Assembly (NCBI RefSeq): GCF_039654945.1
Contig: NW_027361924.1
Span: forward strand, 7,502,001-7,566,000
Direction: 5' to 3'
Origin: Dendrobates tinctorius
Taxonomy: Eukaryota
DNA: 64,000 bases
In this document: in pieces, positions 34,927 to 47,751 of the stretch
Position numbering within the stretch: position 1 is the stretch's first letter
Layout: every line of letters begins with the position of its first letter
Position numbers and translations under genes: made by a program
Notes under the pieces: model-generated
What the model was told of the DNA's origin: nothing
The model's database searches: none
Seen by the model: only the letters and a program-made list of their open reading frames with translations

Positions 34927-35136
34927 AAGGGTTGTCTAAGGTGTCACCAGTACAAGGGATAGGGAACAAGTTGACCGGTGCTGGTCTGGGAACGGAAACT
35001 GCACTTACTTGACTGCCTCGCCATTCATTCCCTATGGGGCTGCCTTTACTTTTTGCATCAACTCCATTCTAACAGGGAGTCTGGACCCCCACCGATCACT
35101 GGACGAGAGACAGCTTGATATTCATGGACAACCCCT
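34927..35136. mobile_element. T2/Kolobok-type MITE
   Basis: TTAA-AAGGGTTGTC...GACAACCCCT-TTAA. Confidence 0.7.
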
Positions 35137-36660
35137 TTAAAGTTAAAGGAAACTTTTATACACAACTTTTACTGTTATTTCACAAGTTGCCTATCTACAA
35201 TGGTGTCAGAAATATTTTTTTTTTGGTTGCACTTAATCCTTAAAAGTTGTGTGTCACCTTTAGGAATAAGGAGTTTATACAGCGGGTGCTGTCAAAGTTT
35301 AGTTTTCTTTTTTTTCTGGGAGGGAGAAGTTTTATTAAATATTTTTTGTAAGGAACTGAGTGCTTGATATTAGGAAATGTTGCTAACGGGGAGCGGCCGA
35401 CTGGTCTTAGCAGCTTACTGTTATTATTATAGATTTTTTCTTGTTTAATAGGTGAAAGTAAAGTTGCACTATGGGAATAGTTGTGAAGGATTAAAAGGGA
35501 TTTGCTTATTTCTAGCGGTGGTACGCCTGTGTAGGCGCTTGTCTCCTAATGAAAAATTACGGTATACTTTTTTTGTAGAGATCCGGCATGCCAATCATAA
35601 GAAATGTTCAAGTGCACGGGGGTGTGTTCTGAGTGCATTGACACCCCCCAGTGCACTTTCAGCTTGATTTTCATGTGGCTTCTCTACCAGATTTCTCTTG
35701 ATCGGATCTCTGTTGGGGACCAGCGCCTATACAGCGAAACTACGACGGGTTCCATAAAGTTCCATAATATGTTACGTGAAATGAATGCGGCTAGAAATGG
35801 CTTTCTGTAGCATCACATCTGTATTCCGGCTCATATCGATATTAAACTTTTTTCAGCATTTATCTTGTCTGTTTTTTTTATGCGTTTATTTCTTTACAGC
35901 AAAACGAAAGGTTTCTAAAATTGTGTTCACACGGTGCGCAGTTTTCGGTGTGTTTTTTTACAGCGTTTTTTCTTCATTTTTTTCCCCGTTGAGACCAAAA
36001 ATGCTAAGCACTAAAAAAAAAAAGCATCCAATGTTCCTGAATTTACACTGTGTTATAATGGTCATAACCTGTGCTGTTCATACAGTGACTATACCGTGAG
36101 GTCTCGCTCACATGTCTGGTTTTCACGTGCTGTACTTGTTTTATCCGTGATGTTTGCAGATCAGATAGGAAACCATTACAGCCCCCGGATCTATTCACAA
36201 GTCTGTACAGCGTCTTGTGGGTGCGTCACATCGCCATGAAGACCTCGTGCCTGGCCGGCTAATCAGAAGACGCATCGGGGATCTAGGAAGATAAGAGATC
36301 GGCGAGCGTCCCAACCAGTGGCCAGAAACTACAGACCGGAGTCCCGTGATCCGCCGCGCTCTAATATGTTTCATACCTTGCAAAGGGTAAAAAGAAAAAA
36401 TCAACAACAAAATTGCTGATTGTCCTGGTGCCTGGTTACTATTTTCTTGGTCACCGTATTTCCCCTTGGAAAAACAAAAAGCGATAAAAATGTTATTGTT
36501 CCCCAAATTTTATAAATAATAAAATATAAAAAAACATACATTTCTCCATAGGAAAAAATCAGACCCCCACAACTCTATTAACTAAAAACGTAAAAATAAA
36601 AATGTTATGGCTGTAGGAAAAATAAAAAGTGTGAAAATCGAGGCATCATGAAGGCGTTAA

Positions 36661-37266
36661 AGGGGTTATCTGGGATTAATTTTTCCCAAGCAAGGAGCTA
36701 TACCTACCCTCCCCAGGTCCTGACCTATCCTTCTCCACTGCTCCACTACGTCATCTTACCGGAGAAGAAAAACAAATCCTCCTCCAAGATGGCGCGGTCC
36801 GCGCCTGCGCAGTAGCAGTTTTCAGATGACAGCTAGACACCGATAGCAGCTACTGCGCAGGCGCGGCGGGCGCCGTTTTCAAATTGATTTTTTTTTTCCC
36901 TCTAGCTGAATAACCTGAATAAAATGTATTATTGGCACACAAAACCTGCGATTTTGGTGCAGAGCAGGTGTCACGGCCGGCCACTGCCAACAGAAGCGTT
37001 TTTTTAAGTATATACAGATATTCATTATGCAATGGGGGCAGGTCAGTGACCTGTCAGCAGTCTGCATTATGAATACATAAGCAGAGCACCACATACATGA
37101 ACCCCGCCTTAGGGCATGAGAATCTCATTAACAAAAAACTGAAAAATAAAGATTACACAACCACAAGATGGATTTTATCAACCAAGGTATCATTGTAATC
37201 AGTATAACGGCACCGACCTGACACTGTGTGTAGGTTACCGAGCACAATCCTGATCACAGGTTCCCT
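36661..37266. mobile_element. T2/Kolobok-type MITE, possibly composite, with an internal palindrome
   Basis: TTAA-AGGGG...GGTTCCCT-TTAA; internal inverted GCGCCTGCGCAGTAGC / GCTACTGCGCAGGCGC. Confidence 0.55.
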
Positions 37267-37950
37267 TTAATGAGGCAAACTTTGAGTTGGATCAAAAAAA
37301 TTAAAGTTTCAGGTCAGAAACTTGTGTAAAAACATTGGGCAAAGTGACCTCACACACTTTCACCGACAAACGGTAGAACTGACTGTTTAGGTGCAAATAA
37401 GGAAATGGGGCAAGTGAGTAATAACTATGTCATGTAAGAAAAAAAAGTCTCAAATTATTCCAAGTAATTGGAATAAAATCATAGAATCGTAGAGTTGGAA
37501 GGGACCTCCTGGGCCATCTGGTCCAACCCCCTGCTCAAAAGCAGGATTCGCTAAATCATCCCAGACAGATGATTGTCCAGCCTCTGTTTGAAGACTTCCA
37601 TTGAAGGAGACCTCACCACCTCTCGTGGCATCCTGTTCCAATCATTGATCACCCTAACTGTCAAAAAGTTTTTTCTAATATCTAGTCTGTGTCTCCTCCC
37701 ATTCAGTTTCATCCCATTGCTTCTAGTCTTTCCTTGTGCAAATGAGAATAAAGTTGATCCTTCTACAATGTGACAGCCCTTTAGATATTTGTAGACAGCT
37801 ATTAAGTCTCCTCTCAGTCTTCTCTTTTGCAAACTAAACATTCCCAAATCCTGCAACCTTTCCTCATAAGACAGGGTTTGCAGACCGGTCACCATTCTGG
37901 TCGCTCTTTTCTGAACTTGCTCCAGTTTGTTGATGTCTTTTTTAAAATGT

Positions 37951-40055
37951 AAAAATATTGAGAGTCCTCAGTAGTTGATACCTTTTAATGGCTAACTGAA
38001 AAGATGGTAACACATTGCAAGCTTTCGAGACTACTCAGGTCTCTTCTTCAGGCATAGACTAATACAAAATCTGAAGTCACATATTTATGCACAATACAGC
38101 ATAGAAAAAATGCAATGGATAAGACAAGTGACGTGAAGCAGAATTATGATTATGGGAGAGGGAGAAACATAAATATTGGACCAGTACATAGATAAGGAGT
38201 CCGGATGTTTTATTGTCCTCTGATTGGTGTCTGGTTCTGTGTTGTGATGCCCCCACCAGGTCTTAGGAGCAAATTTCTTAATTGATGTAAAAAGACATAA
38301 ATCCATGTGACACATTCATTCCAGCACTGAGAGTGTCAAAGGTCGTCATAAATTTATACTCCCAAACTCGTCTCTCTCTCTGAGATGTGAAGTTACCTTT
38401 CAATACCAGTAATTTCATATCCATGTTGCTGTGATCAGGGATACAGAAATGTTTTGCCACAGGTAGATCCATTCTTTTTTCTCTTATTGTGTGACAATGA
38501 GAATTTATCCTTGTTCTAAGCTTTTGCCCTGTCTCCCCCACATACAGACCCCCAGTTGGACATTTAGTACAAATAATTAAGTACACCACATTAGATGTGA
38601 TGCAGCTGAAAGTACCTGGGATCTTGTAGTCCTGATGTGAGTTGGGGATCTTTATCTTGTCCGTGGTCATTATAGATGGACAGGTTTTACATTTCTGGTT
38701 GCAGGGAAAGGTTCCTGCAGCTGTTGGAGAGGACAGGGAGCTTCTGACAATGATGCTTCTTAGATTTGGGGGCTGCCTAAAACACAGCAGTGGGGGGTCT
38801 GGAAAAATGGATTGTAATCGGGCATCTTTTTGTAGTAAAGGTTGTAATTTCCGTGCAGCTCCCCTTAGCACTTCCAGATTTGGGTTGTAGGTGACTACTA
38901 GAGGCACCCGGTTATTTTCTTCTTTAGCTTTGTAATGTAGCAGGTGATTCCTTGACAATCTGGTGGCTCTTGTAATTTGGTTTTCAATTGTTCTTGGATG
39001 GTAACCCTGATTCAAAAAGGTCTTTTTGAGGTGACCAAGGTGTTTGTCTCTATCCATGGGGTTGGAACATATACGATTGTATCTGATGGCTTGGCTATAG
39101 ATAATAGAGTTCTTTATGTGTTTTGGATGGAAACTGTCCCATTTAAGGTACGTTGGACGGTCGATTGGCTTCTGATACAGGGATGTCTCTATTTCATTGT
39201 TTTTTAGCTTAATGATGGTGTCCAAAAAATTAATCTCAGTACTGGAGTAGTTGAGTGTTAAATTGATGGTGGGATGAAATTGATTAAACTGTTCGTGGAA
39301 CGTCTTTAGCTGTTGCTCAGACTCCATCCAGATGATTAAAATATCATCAATGAAGCGGTAGTAGGCCACGGGCCTGATAGGACATGAGGACAAAAAGTCG
39401 CTTTCAAGCTTTGCCATGAAAAGATTTGCATACTGTGGAGCCATTTTACTTCCCATAGCTGTGCCAGTCTCCTGTAGATAGATCCTGTTGTCAAATTCAA
39501 AGTAATTGTGGGTGAGGATGAATTTTATAAGTTTCACCACAGCATCAGCATCAGTCCCTGTGTTTTCCATGAAGAATTTGCAGGCATTTAAACCATCTTG
39601 GTGTGGGATATTAGAGTACAAAGATTCCACATCCATGGTGGCCAGGATGGTTCCTTCTGGTAGAGGACCTATTGCTGCTAGTTTATTCAATAGGTCAGTT
39701 GTGTCCTGAATGTAGCTGGATGTATCCTTCACCAGTGGTTTAAAATACCCTCTACCCATCCAGATACCTGCTTAGTGAGGGTGCCCACACATGAAATAAT
39801 TGGTCTTCCTGGATTTCCAGATTTGTGGATTTTGGGAAGCATGTAGAATGTCCCTATTCTTGGAGTCTCTGGTATCAGGTCATCGCCAGCTCTTAAGGAC
39901 TGGTCAGGCAGACAAGAAACCAACTTGTTTAGTTCCTTGTAATAGTCCTGTGTAGGATCCGACTCCAATTTTCTATAGTAGCGTGTGTCCATAAGTTGCC
40001 TGTTTGCTTCCTTCATGTAGTCTGACGTATTCATCATGACTATTGCACCTCCACC
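37951..40055 (-). mobile_element. Penelope-like retroelement (RT + GIY-YIG), 5'-truncated
   Basis: ORFs 39729-40037 and 38278-39759, joined by one frameshift. Motifs PGRPIIS, MDVESLYSNI, GTAMGSKMAP, YYRFIDD and VVYLIICTKC..LYVGET. 15-bp TSD TCTTTTTTAAAATGT at 37936-37950 and 40056-40070. Confidence 0.95.
38016..38054 (-). ncRNA. Minimal hammerhead-ribozyme-like motif in the Penelope 3' region
   Basis: Minus strand reads UGC-CUGAAGA-A-GAGAC(CUGAGUA)GUCUC-GAAA-GCUU-GCA. Confidence 0.6.
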
Positions 40056-40512
40056 TCTTTTTTAAAATGTGGCGCCTAAAACTGGACACAGTATTCCAGA
40101 TGAGGTCTGACCAAAGAGGAGTAGAGGGAAATAATGACTTCACGTGATCTAGACTGTATGCTTCTGTTAATACATCCTAGAATTGCATTTGCCTATTTTG
40201 CTGCTGCATCACACTGTTGACTCATATTCAGTCTGTGATCTATTAGTATACCCAAGTCTTTTTCACATGTGCTGTTGCTTAGCCCTATTCCTCCCATTCT
40301 GTATATGCTTTTTTCATTTTTATTGCCCAGATGTAATACTTTGCATTTTTCCCTGTTAAAAACCATTCTGTTAGTTGCTGCCCACTGCTCCAGTTTATTT
40401 ATATCTTTTTGAATCCTCTCTCTGTCTTCTCTAGTATTAGCTATCCCTCCTAGCTAATAATATAAATAAATAAACTGGACCCTTAAGTGCTTCATTAGGG
40501 TAGAGCTGCAAG

Positions 40513-41210
40513 AACATGGATCTGCAGGAAGACGAAGCTTCAGAAATATGGATCTGCAGGAAGACGAAGCTTCGAAAATCAGAAATATGGATCTGCAGGA
40601 AGACGAAGCTTCAGAAATCAGAAATATGGATCTGCAGGAAGACGAACCATCAGAAATCAGAAATATGGATCTGCAGGAAGACGATGCTTCAGAAATCAGA
40701 AATCAGAAGTATGGATCTGCAGGAAGACGAAACTTCAGAAATATGGATCTGCAGGAAGACGAAGCTTCAGAAATATGGATCTGCAGGAAGACGAAGCTTC
40801 AGAAATATGGATCTGCAGGAAGACGAAGCTTCAGAAATATGGATCTGCAGGAAGACGAAGCTTCAGAAATCAGAAATATGGATCTGCAGGAAGACGAAGC
40901 TTCAGAAATATGGATCTGCAGGAAGACGATGCTTCAGAAATCAGAAATATGGATCTGCAGGAAGACGAAGCTTCAGAAATCAGAAATATGGATCTGCAGG
41001 AAGACGAAGCTTCAGAAATCAGAAATATGGATCTGCAGGAAGACGAAGCTTCAGAAATCAGAAATATGGATCTGCAGGAAGACGAAGCTTCAGAAATCAG
41101 AAATATGGATCTGCAGGAAGACGAAGCTTCAGTAATATGGATCTGCAGGAAGACGATGCTTCAGAAATCAGAAATATGGATCTGCAGGAAGATGAAGCTT
41201 CAGAAACAAG
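40513..41210. repeat. 32/39-bp minisatellite, decaying to ~41400
   Basis: Unit AATATGGATCTGCAGGAAGACGAAGCTTCAGA(AATCAGA). Confidence 0.95.
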
Positions 41211-41613
41211 GCTCTTCTGGAAGATTAAACTTTAAAAACAAGGATATTTTGAAAGAGAACAATTCCTAAATACACATCTGCAGGAAGACAGAGCTTCAGA
41301 AAGAGACCCACTGTAAGATGGAGCTTCAGAAATATGTATCTGCAGAAGGACTGAGCCTCAGAAACAGGATCTGCAGAAAGATGGAAGAACTTGAGAAACA
41401 CAGAAGTAACAGATCCAACAGTTCAGATTCTCGCTATTAGTACAGTATACGTATAGCAATGTGTTTATGTGGTCAGCCTTACAGAGAGCATAGAGCAAGG
41501 AAACTGAACAAGCAGGGAAGTTTATCATGTCTATATGTTCATACAACCCGGTGGTGATAATCGATTCCTGAACATTACTTTTTTAACAAGTGTGTGTTTT
41601 CCCTTTAGATTTT

Positions 41614-42534
41614 TTACTTTATCCCGGCTAATCTCAGCAGAGCCTTCTTAACCTCTTTATTCCTAAGACTGTATATGAGGGGATTTATCATGGGGGCGAC
41701 TGTGGCATATAGGACTGTGAAGACCTCTTCCATGAGGTCTGCGTACTGCGATGCTGGCATTACTATCACCACGGCCACCGTGACATAGTAGATCAGTAGG
41801 ACGGTGAGGTGGGATGTGCAGGTGGAGAAGGCTTTTTTCCTTCCATCCATAGATTTAATACACAGGATGATGTTGATGATTTTCACGTACGAGGCGACAG
41901 TGCAAACAAATGGGCAAAAGCCAAATAGAACGAATTCTATGTACATGGCGATGGAAAATAAGCTTGTCCCGCTGCAAGAGATCTTGGTGAGGGCCTTAGA
42001 GTCACAGAAGAAGTGTTGAATGGTGTCTGAACGACAAAAGGACAATCCTGTAAATGAAAGTAAAAGGAAGAAACCGTTCAAACATCCACCAAACCATAAA
42101 GAAGTGATCATCAGGATGCAAGTATTCCGGCTCAAGACAAGTTGATAACGTAAAGGATTGCAGATGGCAACGTATCGGTCGTAGGCCATAGCGAACAGCA
42201 GCAGATCCTCCGTACTCCCAGTCCAGAAAAAAAAGTACAACTGAGTGAAGCATTGGCTGAAAGACATGGAGTTATTTCCGGATATTAACATTTCCATCAG
42301 CTTTGGAATAATGACTGTCGTGTAGCAGATATCTACGATGGATAGGTTACAGAGGAGTAAATACATTGGGGTGTGCAGATGGCTATCTCCATATATGACA
42401 GCTATGATAGCGCCATTCACAACTCCTCCGAATAGATACAAGAAGGCGAACACCGTGGAAATGAGCGGCTTATCCTCCGAGGTACATGAAAATGGCACAA
42501 TGTGGAAATATCCTGGGGAGGTGAAGTTCGCCAT
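41614..42534 (-). CDS. Olfactory receptor, intronless, 306 aa, intact
   Basis: Starts MANFTSPG with an N-glycosylation site. Motifs HLHTPMY, MAYDRYVAICNPLRY, HFFCD, KAFSTCTSH and PMINPLIYSLRNKEVK. Confidence 0.95.
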   Translation of the reverse strand: MANFTSPGYFHIVPFSCTSEDKPLISTVFAFLYLFGGVVNGAIIAVIYGDSHLHTPMYLLLCNLSIVDICYTTVIIPKLMEMLISGNNSMSFSQCFTQLYFFFWTGSTEDLLLFAMAYDRYVAICNPLRYQLVLSRNTCILMITSLWFGGCLNGFFLLLSFTGLSFCRSDTIQHFFCDSKALTKISCSGTSLFSIAMYIEFVLFGFCPFVCTVASYVKIINIILCIKSMDGRKKAFSTCTSHLTVLLIYYVTVAVVIVMPASQYADLMEEVFTVLYATVAPMINPLIYSLRNKEVKKALLRLAGIK

Positions 42535-43289
42535 GACATTTTGGAGATGACGTGAGTACAAACCTCACAAAGACCCGTCTGGACTGAAAACAATTGCTCC
42601 AGCACACCTGTATCCTACCTACAAGAGCGGCTTTCCAGCAGCGCTAGATATAGAAACTGCTGTTTCATCTCACATCCTTGTCTGCATTGGCGTAAAGCAG
42701 AGAAACGGAGCTCCAGGCCAACCGTCGATGAATGCTCCGACCACCACCTGCCGGGATAAAGCCTAAATCATCGGAGAATCCGGTGCTAAAGAGAATATCT
42801 CTTATCCATGTCAGTGCTTCAGGAAATCCATCATGTGTCTGTAACCTGAGTTACATTTCTGTTAGGAGAAGAAGAAATACAGGAGGATATTTATACTCGA
42901 CTGATCCTCATGGGAACATCAGACACCGGGACGAAACCTACTGGGGAATAATTTGACTAAGGAGAGACAGGTTTTATAGAGCGATCCATCTGTCAGGTGT
43001 AAAGGAGAGTCTCACAGGGAAATTACAGCACTAGCATCTGCTGTATTAATTTGTGTTCCCACTATGTTATTATTATGGTGATTGAACCTCTAGGTTCCGA
43101 TTTCTTATATTTTATTCTACTTCTTCTTCTCCGTGCTTTCTGCAATTATTACGGCCCGAACCGCTCGGCGCAGAGACCCCATTGTGCAGCTTCCACACAT
43201 GACCCGTATTAGCTAATTGAAGCTGACAGATCGCTCATTCAAGGTCTTAAAGGCGCAGCGCGCCAATGGCTTCTGAAAAGCCCAGTCGG

Positions 43290-43845
43290 ACGCCAAGGTG
43301 GCTTCAGAAGCCCAGTGTGCCAAAGTGGCCCCCGATTCAAAGTGGCAGCATGTGTCAACATGACTAAAGTGGCTACCAAGTGGCCAAAGTGGCTACTGAG
43401 GTGCTGAATGTACCAAAGTGGCTACAAAGTGGCCAAAGTGGCAACCGAGGAGCCGAATGTGCCAAAGTGGTTAGAAAGTAGCCAAAGTGGCTACCGAGGG
43501 GCCGAATGTGCCAAAGTGGCTACCAAGTGGCCAAAGTGGCTACTGAGGTGCCGAATGTGCCAAAGTGGTTAGCAAGTGGCCAAAGTGGCTACCGAGGGGC
43601 CGAATGTGCCAAAGTGGTTAGCAAGTGGCCAAAGTGGCTACCGAGGGGCCAAATGTGCCAAAGTGGTTAGCAAGTGGCCAAAGTGGCTACCGAGGGGCCG
43701 AATGTGCCAAAGTGGCTACCAGGTGGTTATAGTTGCTACCAAGTGGCCAAAGTGGCTGCAGAGGTGCCGAATGTGCCAAAGTGGCTAGCAAGTGGCCAAA
43801 GTGGCTGCAGAGGTGCCGAATGTGCCAAAGTGGCTACCAAGGGTG
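43290..43845. repeat. CCAAAGTGG-based composite tandem repeat
   Basis: Recurring GCCAAAGTGGCTACCGAGGGGCCGAATGT / CCAAAGTGGTTAGCAAGTGG units. Confidence 0.88.
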
Positions 43846-44290
43846 TGTGGCACCCTGCTTCCTGTTCCATTTCAATGATTTTAATTTTTAAAATGTGAGA
43901 GTTTCTGATTTATGAAAAGCTGTGGCCACCACCACCCATTTACAATTTACAAAGCTGTGTGTGTGGTGCCGGACTAGCCCAGGCTTCCTGGTCTCTGACT
44001 TGGCATAAAACATTCTAATTCGCTTTCCTTTGATTTTGAAGCTCTATGTAAGTAATCGTGCTGTAGGGTGTGTACACTTATACACTGCTTTATAAGGGCT
44101 AGTACACACAGTCCGATTTTTACATCCGAATTCGACCGATTATTGATTCTGACTGTGTGTACTAGCCCTAAATGTGACTTCATTAGCTACATAAATAGAG
44201 TTGGTTTCCATTATGGCCGTCCCTATTAACATCTGCCTAAAGCAGACCGTCATCTGTTAGCAGAGTCTCCCTGTGAGAACCAGCTGCTAC

Positions 44291-46175
44291 ATAGAATCAT
44301 AGAATCATAGAATCGTAGAGTTGGAAGGGACCTCCTGGGCCATCTGGTCCAACCCCCTGCTCAAAGCAGGATTCGCTAAATCATCCCAGTCAGATGTCTG
44401 TCCAGCCTCTGTTTGAAGACTTCCATTGAAGGAGAACTCACCACTTCTCGTGGCAGCCTGTTCCACTCATTGATTACTCTAACTGTCAAAAAGTTTTTTC
44501 TAATATCTAATCTGTGTCTCCTCCCATTCAGTTTCATCCCATTGCTTCTAGTCTTTCCTTGTGCAAATGAGAATAAAGTTGATCCTTCTACAATGTGACA
44601 GCCCTTTAGATATTTGTAGACAGCTATTAAGTCTCCTCTCAGTCTTCTCTTTTGCAAACTAAACATTCCCAATCCTGCAACCTTTCCTCATAAGACAGGG
44701 TTTGCAGACTGGTCACCATTCTGGTCGCTCTTTTCTGAACTTGCTCCAGTTTGTTGATGTCTTTTTTAAAATGTGGTGCCCAAAACTGGACACAATATTC
44801 CAGATGAGGTCTGACCAAAGAGGAGTAGAGGGAAATAATGACTTCACGTGATCTAGACTGTATGCTTCTGTTAATACATCCTAGAATTGCATTTTCCTTT
44901 TTTGCTGCTGCATCACACTGTTGACTCATATTCAGTCTGTGATCTATTAGTATACCCAAGTCTTTTTCACATGTGCTGTCACTTAGCCCTATTCCTCCCA
45001 TTCTATAAATGCTTTTTTCATTTTTATTGCCCAGATGTAGTACTTTGCATTTCTCCCTGTTAAAAACCATTCTGTTAGTTGCTGCCCACTTCTCCAGTTT
45101 ATTTAAATCTTTTTGAATCCTCTCTCTCTCTTCTCTAGTATTAGCTATCCCTCCTAGCTTTGTGTCATCAGCAAATTTAATCAGTTTACCCTCAATTCCT
45201 TCATCTAAATCGTTGATAAAGATGTTGAACAATACAGGGCCCAGGACAGAGCCCTGTGGTACCCCACTTGAGACATTCTTCCAACTGGATGTGCAGCCAT
45301 TTACGACCACTCTTTGGGTCCGATCACTAAGCCAGTTATGAATCCACCTAACAGTTGCATTGTCCATTCCATACTTAGTCATTTTTTCAATAAGGATTGT
45401 ATGAGAGACTTTGTCAAATGCTTTGCTGAAGTCAAGATATACTATATCTACAGCATTTCCTTGATCCACCCAATCAGTGATACCGTCATAGAAGGAAATT
45501 AAGTTAGTCTGACATGACTTATTAGTTACAAACCCATGCTGACTCTGTTTAATCACTTCATTCTTATCCAGTTATTGACATACATGTTGTTTAATAATTT
45601 GTTCAAAGATCTTTCCTGGTATAGAAGTCAGACTCACCGGCCTATAGTTGCCTGGGTCCACCTTCTTCCCCTTTTTGAAGATAGGAACAACATTTGCTCT
45701 TCTCCAGTCTTCTGGCACTTCTCCTGTTCTCCAAGAATTTTCAAAGATTATGGAGAGGGGTTCAAAAATTTCTTCTGCTATCTCCTTCAGTACTCTGGGG
45801 TGTAATTCATCTGGACCTGGAGACTTGAATTCATTTAGGTTAGCTAAGTGTTTCCTCACTATCTTTCTGTTTATAGATATCCTGGATTCTTCTATTCCCT
45901 TAATAGGACAGTGAATAACAGTTGATGTTACATTTCCTTTCTGAGAGAAAACAGATGCAAAATAGGAATTTAAAAGTTCAGCCTTCTCAACATCCTGTCT
46001 TACCATTTCATCATTTTCATCCTGTAAAAATCCTATAGCATCTTTGACTTTTCTTTTACTTTTGACATATCCCCAAAATCCTTTATTATTGCTTTTGACA
46101 TCTCTTGGAAGCCTCAATTCATTTTCAGCTTTAGATAATCTGATTTGTGCCCTGCAGGTTCTCACAGAGATCATA
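44291..46175 (-). mobile_element. CR1 LINE, 5'-truncated (copy B), RT domain with frameshifts
   Basis: KSPGPDELHPRVLKE, NYRPVSLTS, YLDFSKAFD, GVPQGSVLGP, KFADD; (ATTCTATG)n tail. Confidence 0.95.
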
Positions 46176-46469
46176 CATTATTTCTAGTGAAATCAGTAAA
46201 TCAGACGGAGCAGCCACAGTGTCTTCCATACAGACTCTGCCTAGGACGCTCTGCCGGTTTTTCACAAGTGTCCGGACCCCGTTCATTTCATCATTGTGGG
46301 TCCCAGCGTCCCCTGGAAGCAAATGGTGACATCGCACAGGTCCTTTAGCCGGCACCCAATATTATATGATGGTGGCATCACTACATCCCCCCCATTGGCT
46401 TCATATACAGCCCATCCCAGGTTGTGCCATCGCTATACACAACATTCATATTCTAACTTTACTCTCTTA

Positions 46470-46827
46470 GGCCGTGTTCACACGTTGCACACACTTTTTT
46501 TTCCCGTTTTTCCCGCGGATTTACCAAAAAATCCGCTCAAAAAACGCCTAAAAGAAGCTTCTCATTCATTTTAATGCATTTTGCACTTTTTGTGCATGTT
46601 GATGCGTTTTTTTACCGCGGAAAAAAAGCTTTGCGGTAAAAACGCAGCATGCGCATTAATTTCGCCGTAAATTCCGCATTTGTGGCTATTTTCTATGTGG
46701 GGACTCTCCGGAAAAAATTGTGGCAAAAATGCACAAAAAACGCGTTAAAAACGCGCAAAAACGCACGTTTTCTGGGAAGGAGTCCGGTTTTTATGCAGAA
46801 ATTTTCTGCACACGTGTGCACATAGCC
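46470..46827. mobile_element. PIF/Harbinger-type MITE
   Basis: TTA TSD on both sides; TIRs GGCCGTGTTCACACGT / ACGTGTGCACATAGCC. Confidence 0.8.
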
Positions 46828-47044
46828 TTACAGTCGACACCTAATACACTGCTGTAAAGCTGGCAGCGCTGTTCAAGCACCATGTATTTCCTTCAGGAAA
46901 TGCCCAGCTAGTTATTATTAGGATTAATTATGGTATTTTTATCTTCAACCTGGATTATGATTTATTTACTCAGGATCTTGTTTTTTTAACAACTTTGCAT
47001 AATTGTAAAGTCTGAAATATCTTTTCCACCCCAAGCAATTATAC

Positions 47045-47751
47045 AGATCCTGAGTTACAGCCAATATTATACTCCAGAGCTGCACTCACTATTCTGCTGG
47101 TGCAGTCACTGTGTACATACATTACATTACTGATCCTGAGTTACATCCTGTATTATACTCCAGAGCTGCACTCACTATTCTGCTGGTGCAGTCACTGTGT
47201 ACACACATTACATTACTGATCCTGAGTTACATCCTGTATTATACTCCAGAGCTGCACTCACTATTCTGCTGGTGCAGTCACTGTCTACATACATTACATT
47301 ATTGATCCTGAGTTACATCCTGTATTATACTCCAGAGCTGCGCTCACTATTCTGCTGGTGCAGTCACTGTCTACATACATTACATTATTGATCCTGAGTT
47401 ACATCCTGTATTATACTCCAGAGCTGCACTCACTATTCTGCTGGTGCAGTCACTGTGTACATTACATTACTGATCCTGAGTTACATCCTGTATTATACCC
47501 CAGAGCTGCACTCACTATTCTGCTGGTGCACTCACTGTGTACATACATTACATTACTGATCCTGAGTTACATCCTGTATTATACTCCAGAGCTGCACTCA
47601 CTATTCTGCTGGTGCAGTCACTGTGTACATACATTACATTACTGATCCTGAGTTACCTCCTGTATTATACTCCAGAGCTGCACTCACTATTCTGCTGGTG
47701 CAGTCACTGTGTACATACATTACATTACTGATCCTGAGTTACCTCCTGTAT
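47045..47751. repeat. 86-bp satellite, left part
   Basis: Unit CCAGAGCTGCACTCACTATTCTGCTGGTGCAGTCACTGTGTACATACATTACATTACTGATCCTGAGTTACATCCTGTATTATACT. Confidence 0.97.

Larger units (their letters stand above)
37477..40455 (-). mobile_element. CR1 LINE 3' fragment (copy A), split by a Penelope insertion
   Basis: 3' (ATTCTATG)-type tail; ORF2 end LSYEERLQDLGMFSLQKRRLRGDLI...FKQRLD. Segments 37477-37950 and 40056-40455. Confidence 0.93.

Noticed and set aside
36780-36880. YY1/NRF1 promoter-like cluster
   Set aside because: It is part of the internal palindrome of a T2-type MITE, with no associated gene.
42535-42561. Upstream extension of the OR ORF (MYSRHLQNV)
   Set aside because: It begins at a non-ATG codon; the ATG at 42534 gives a typical OR N-terminus.
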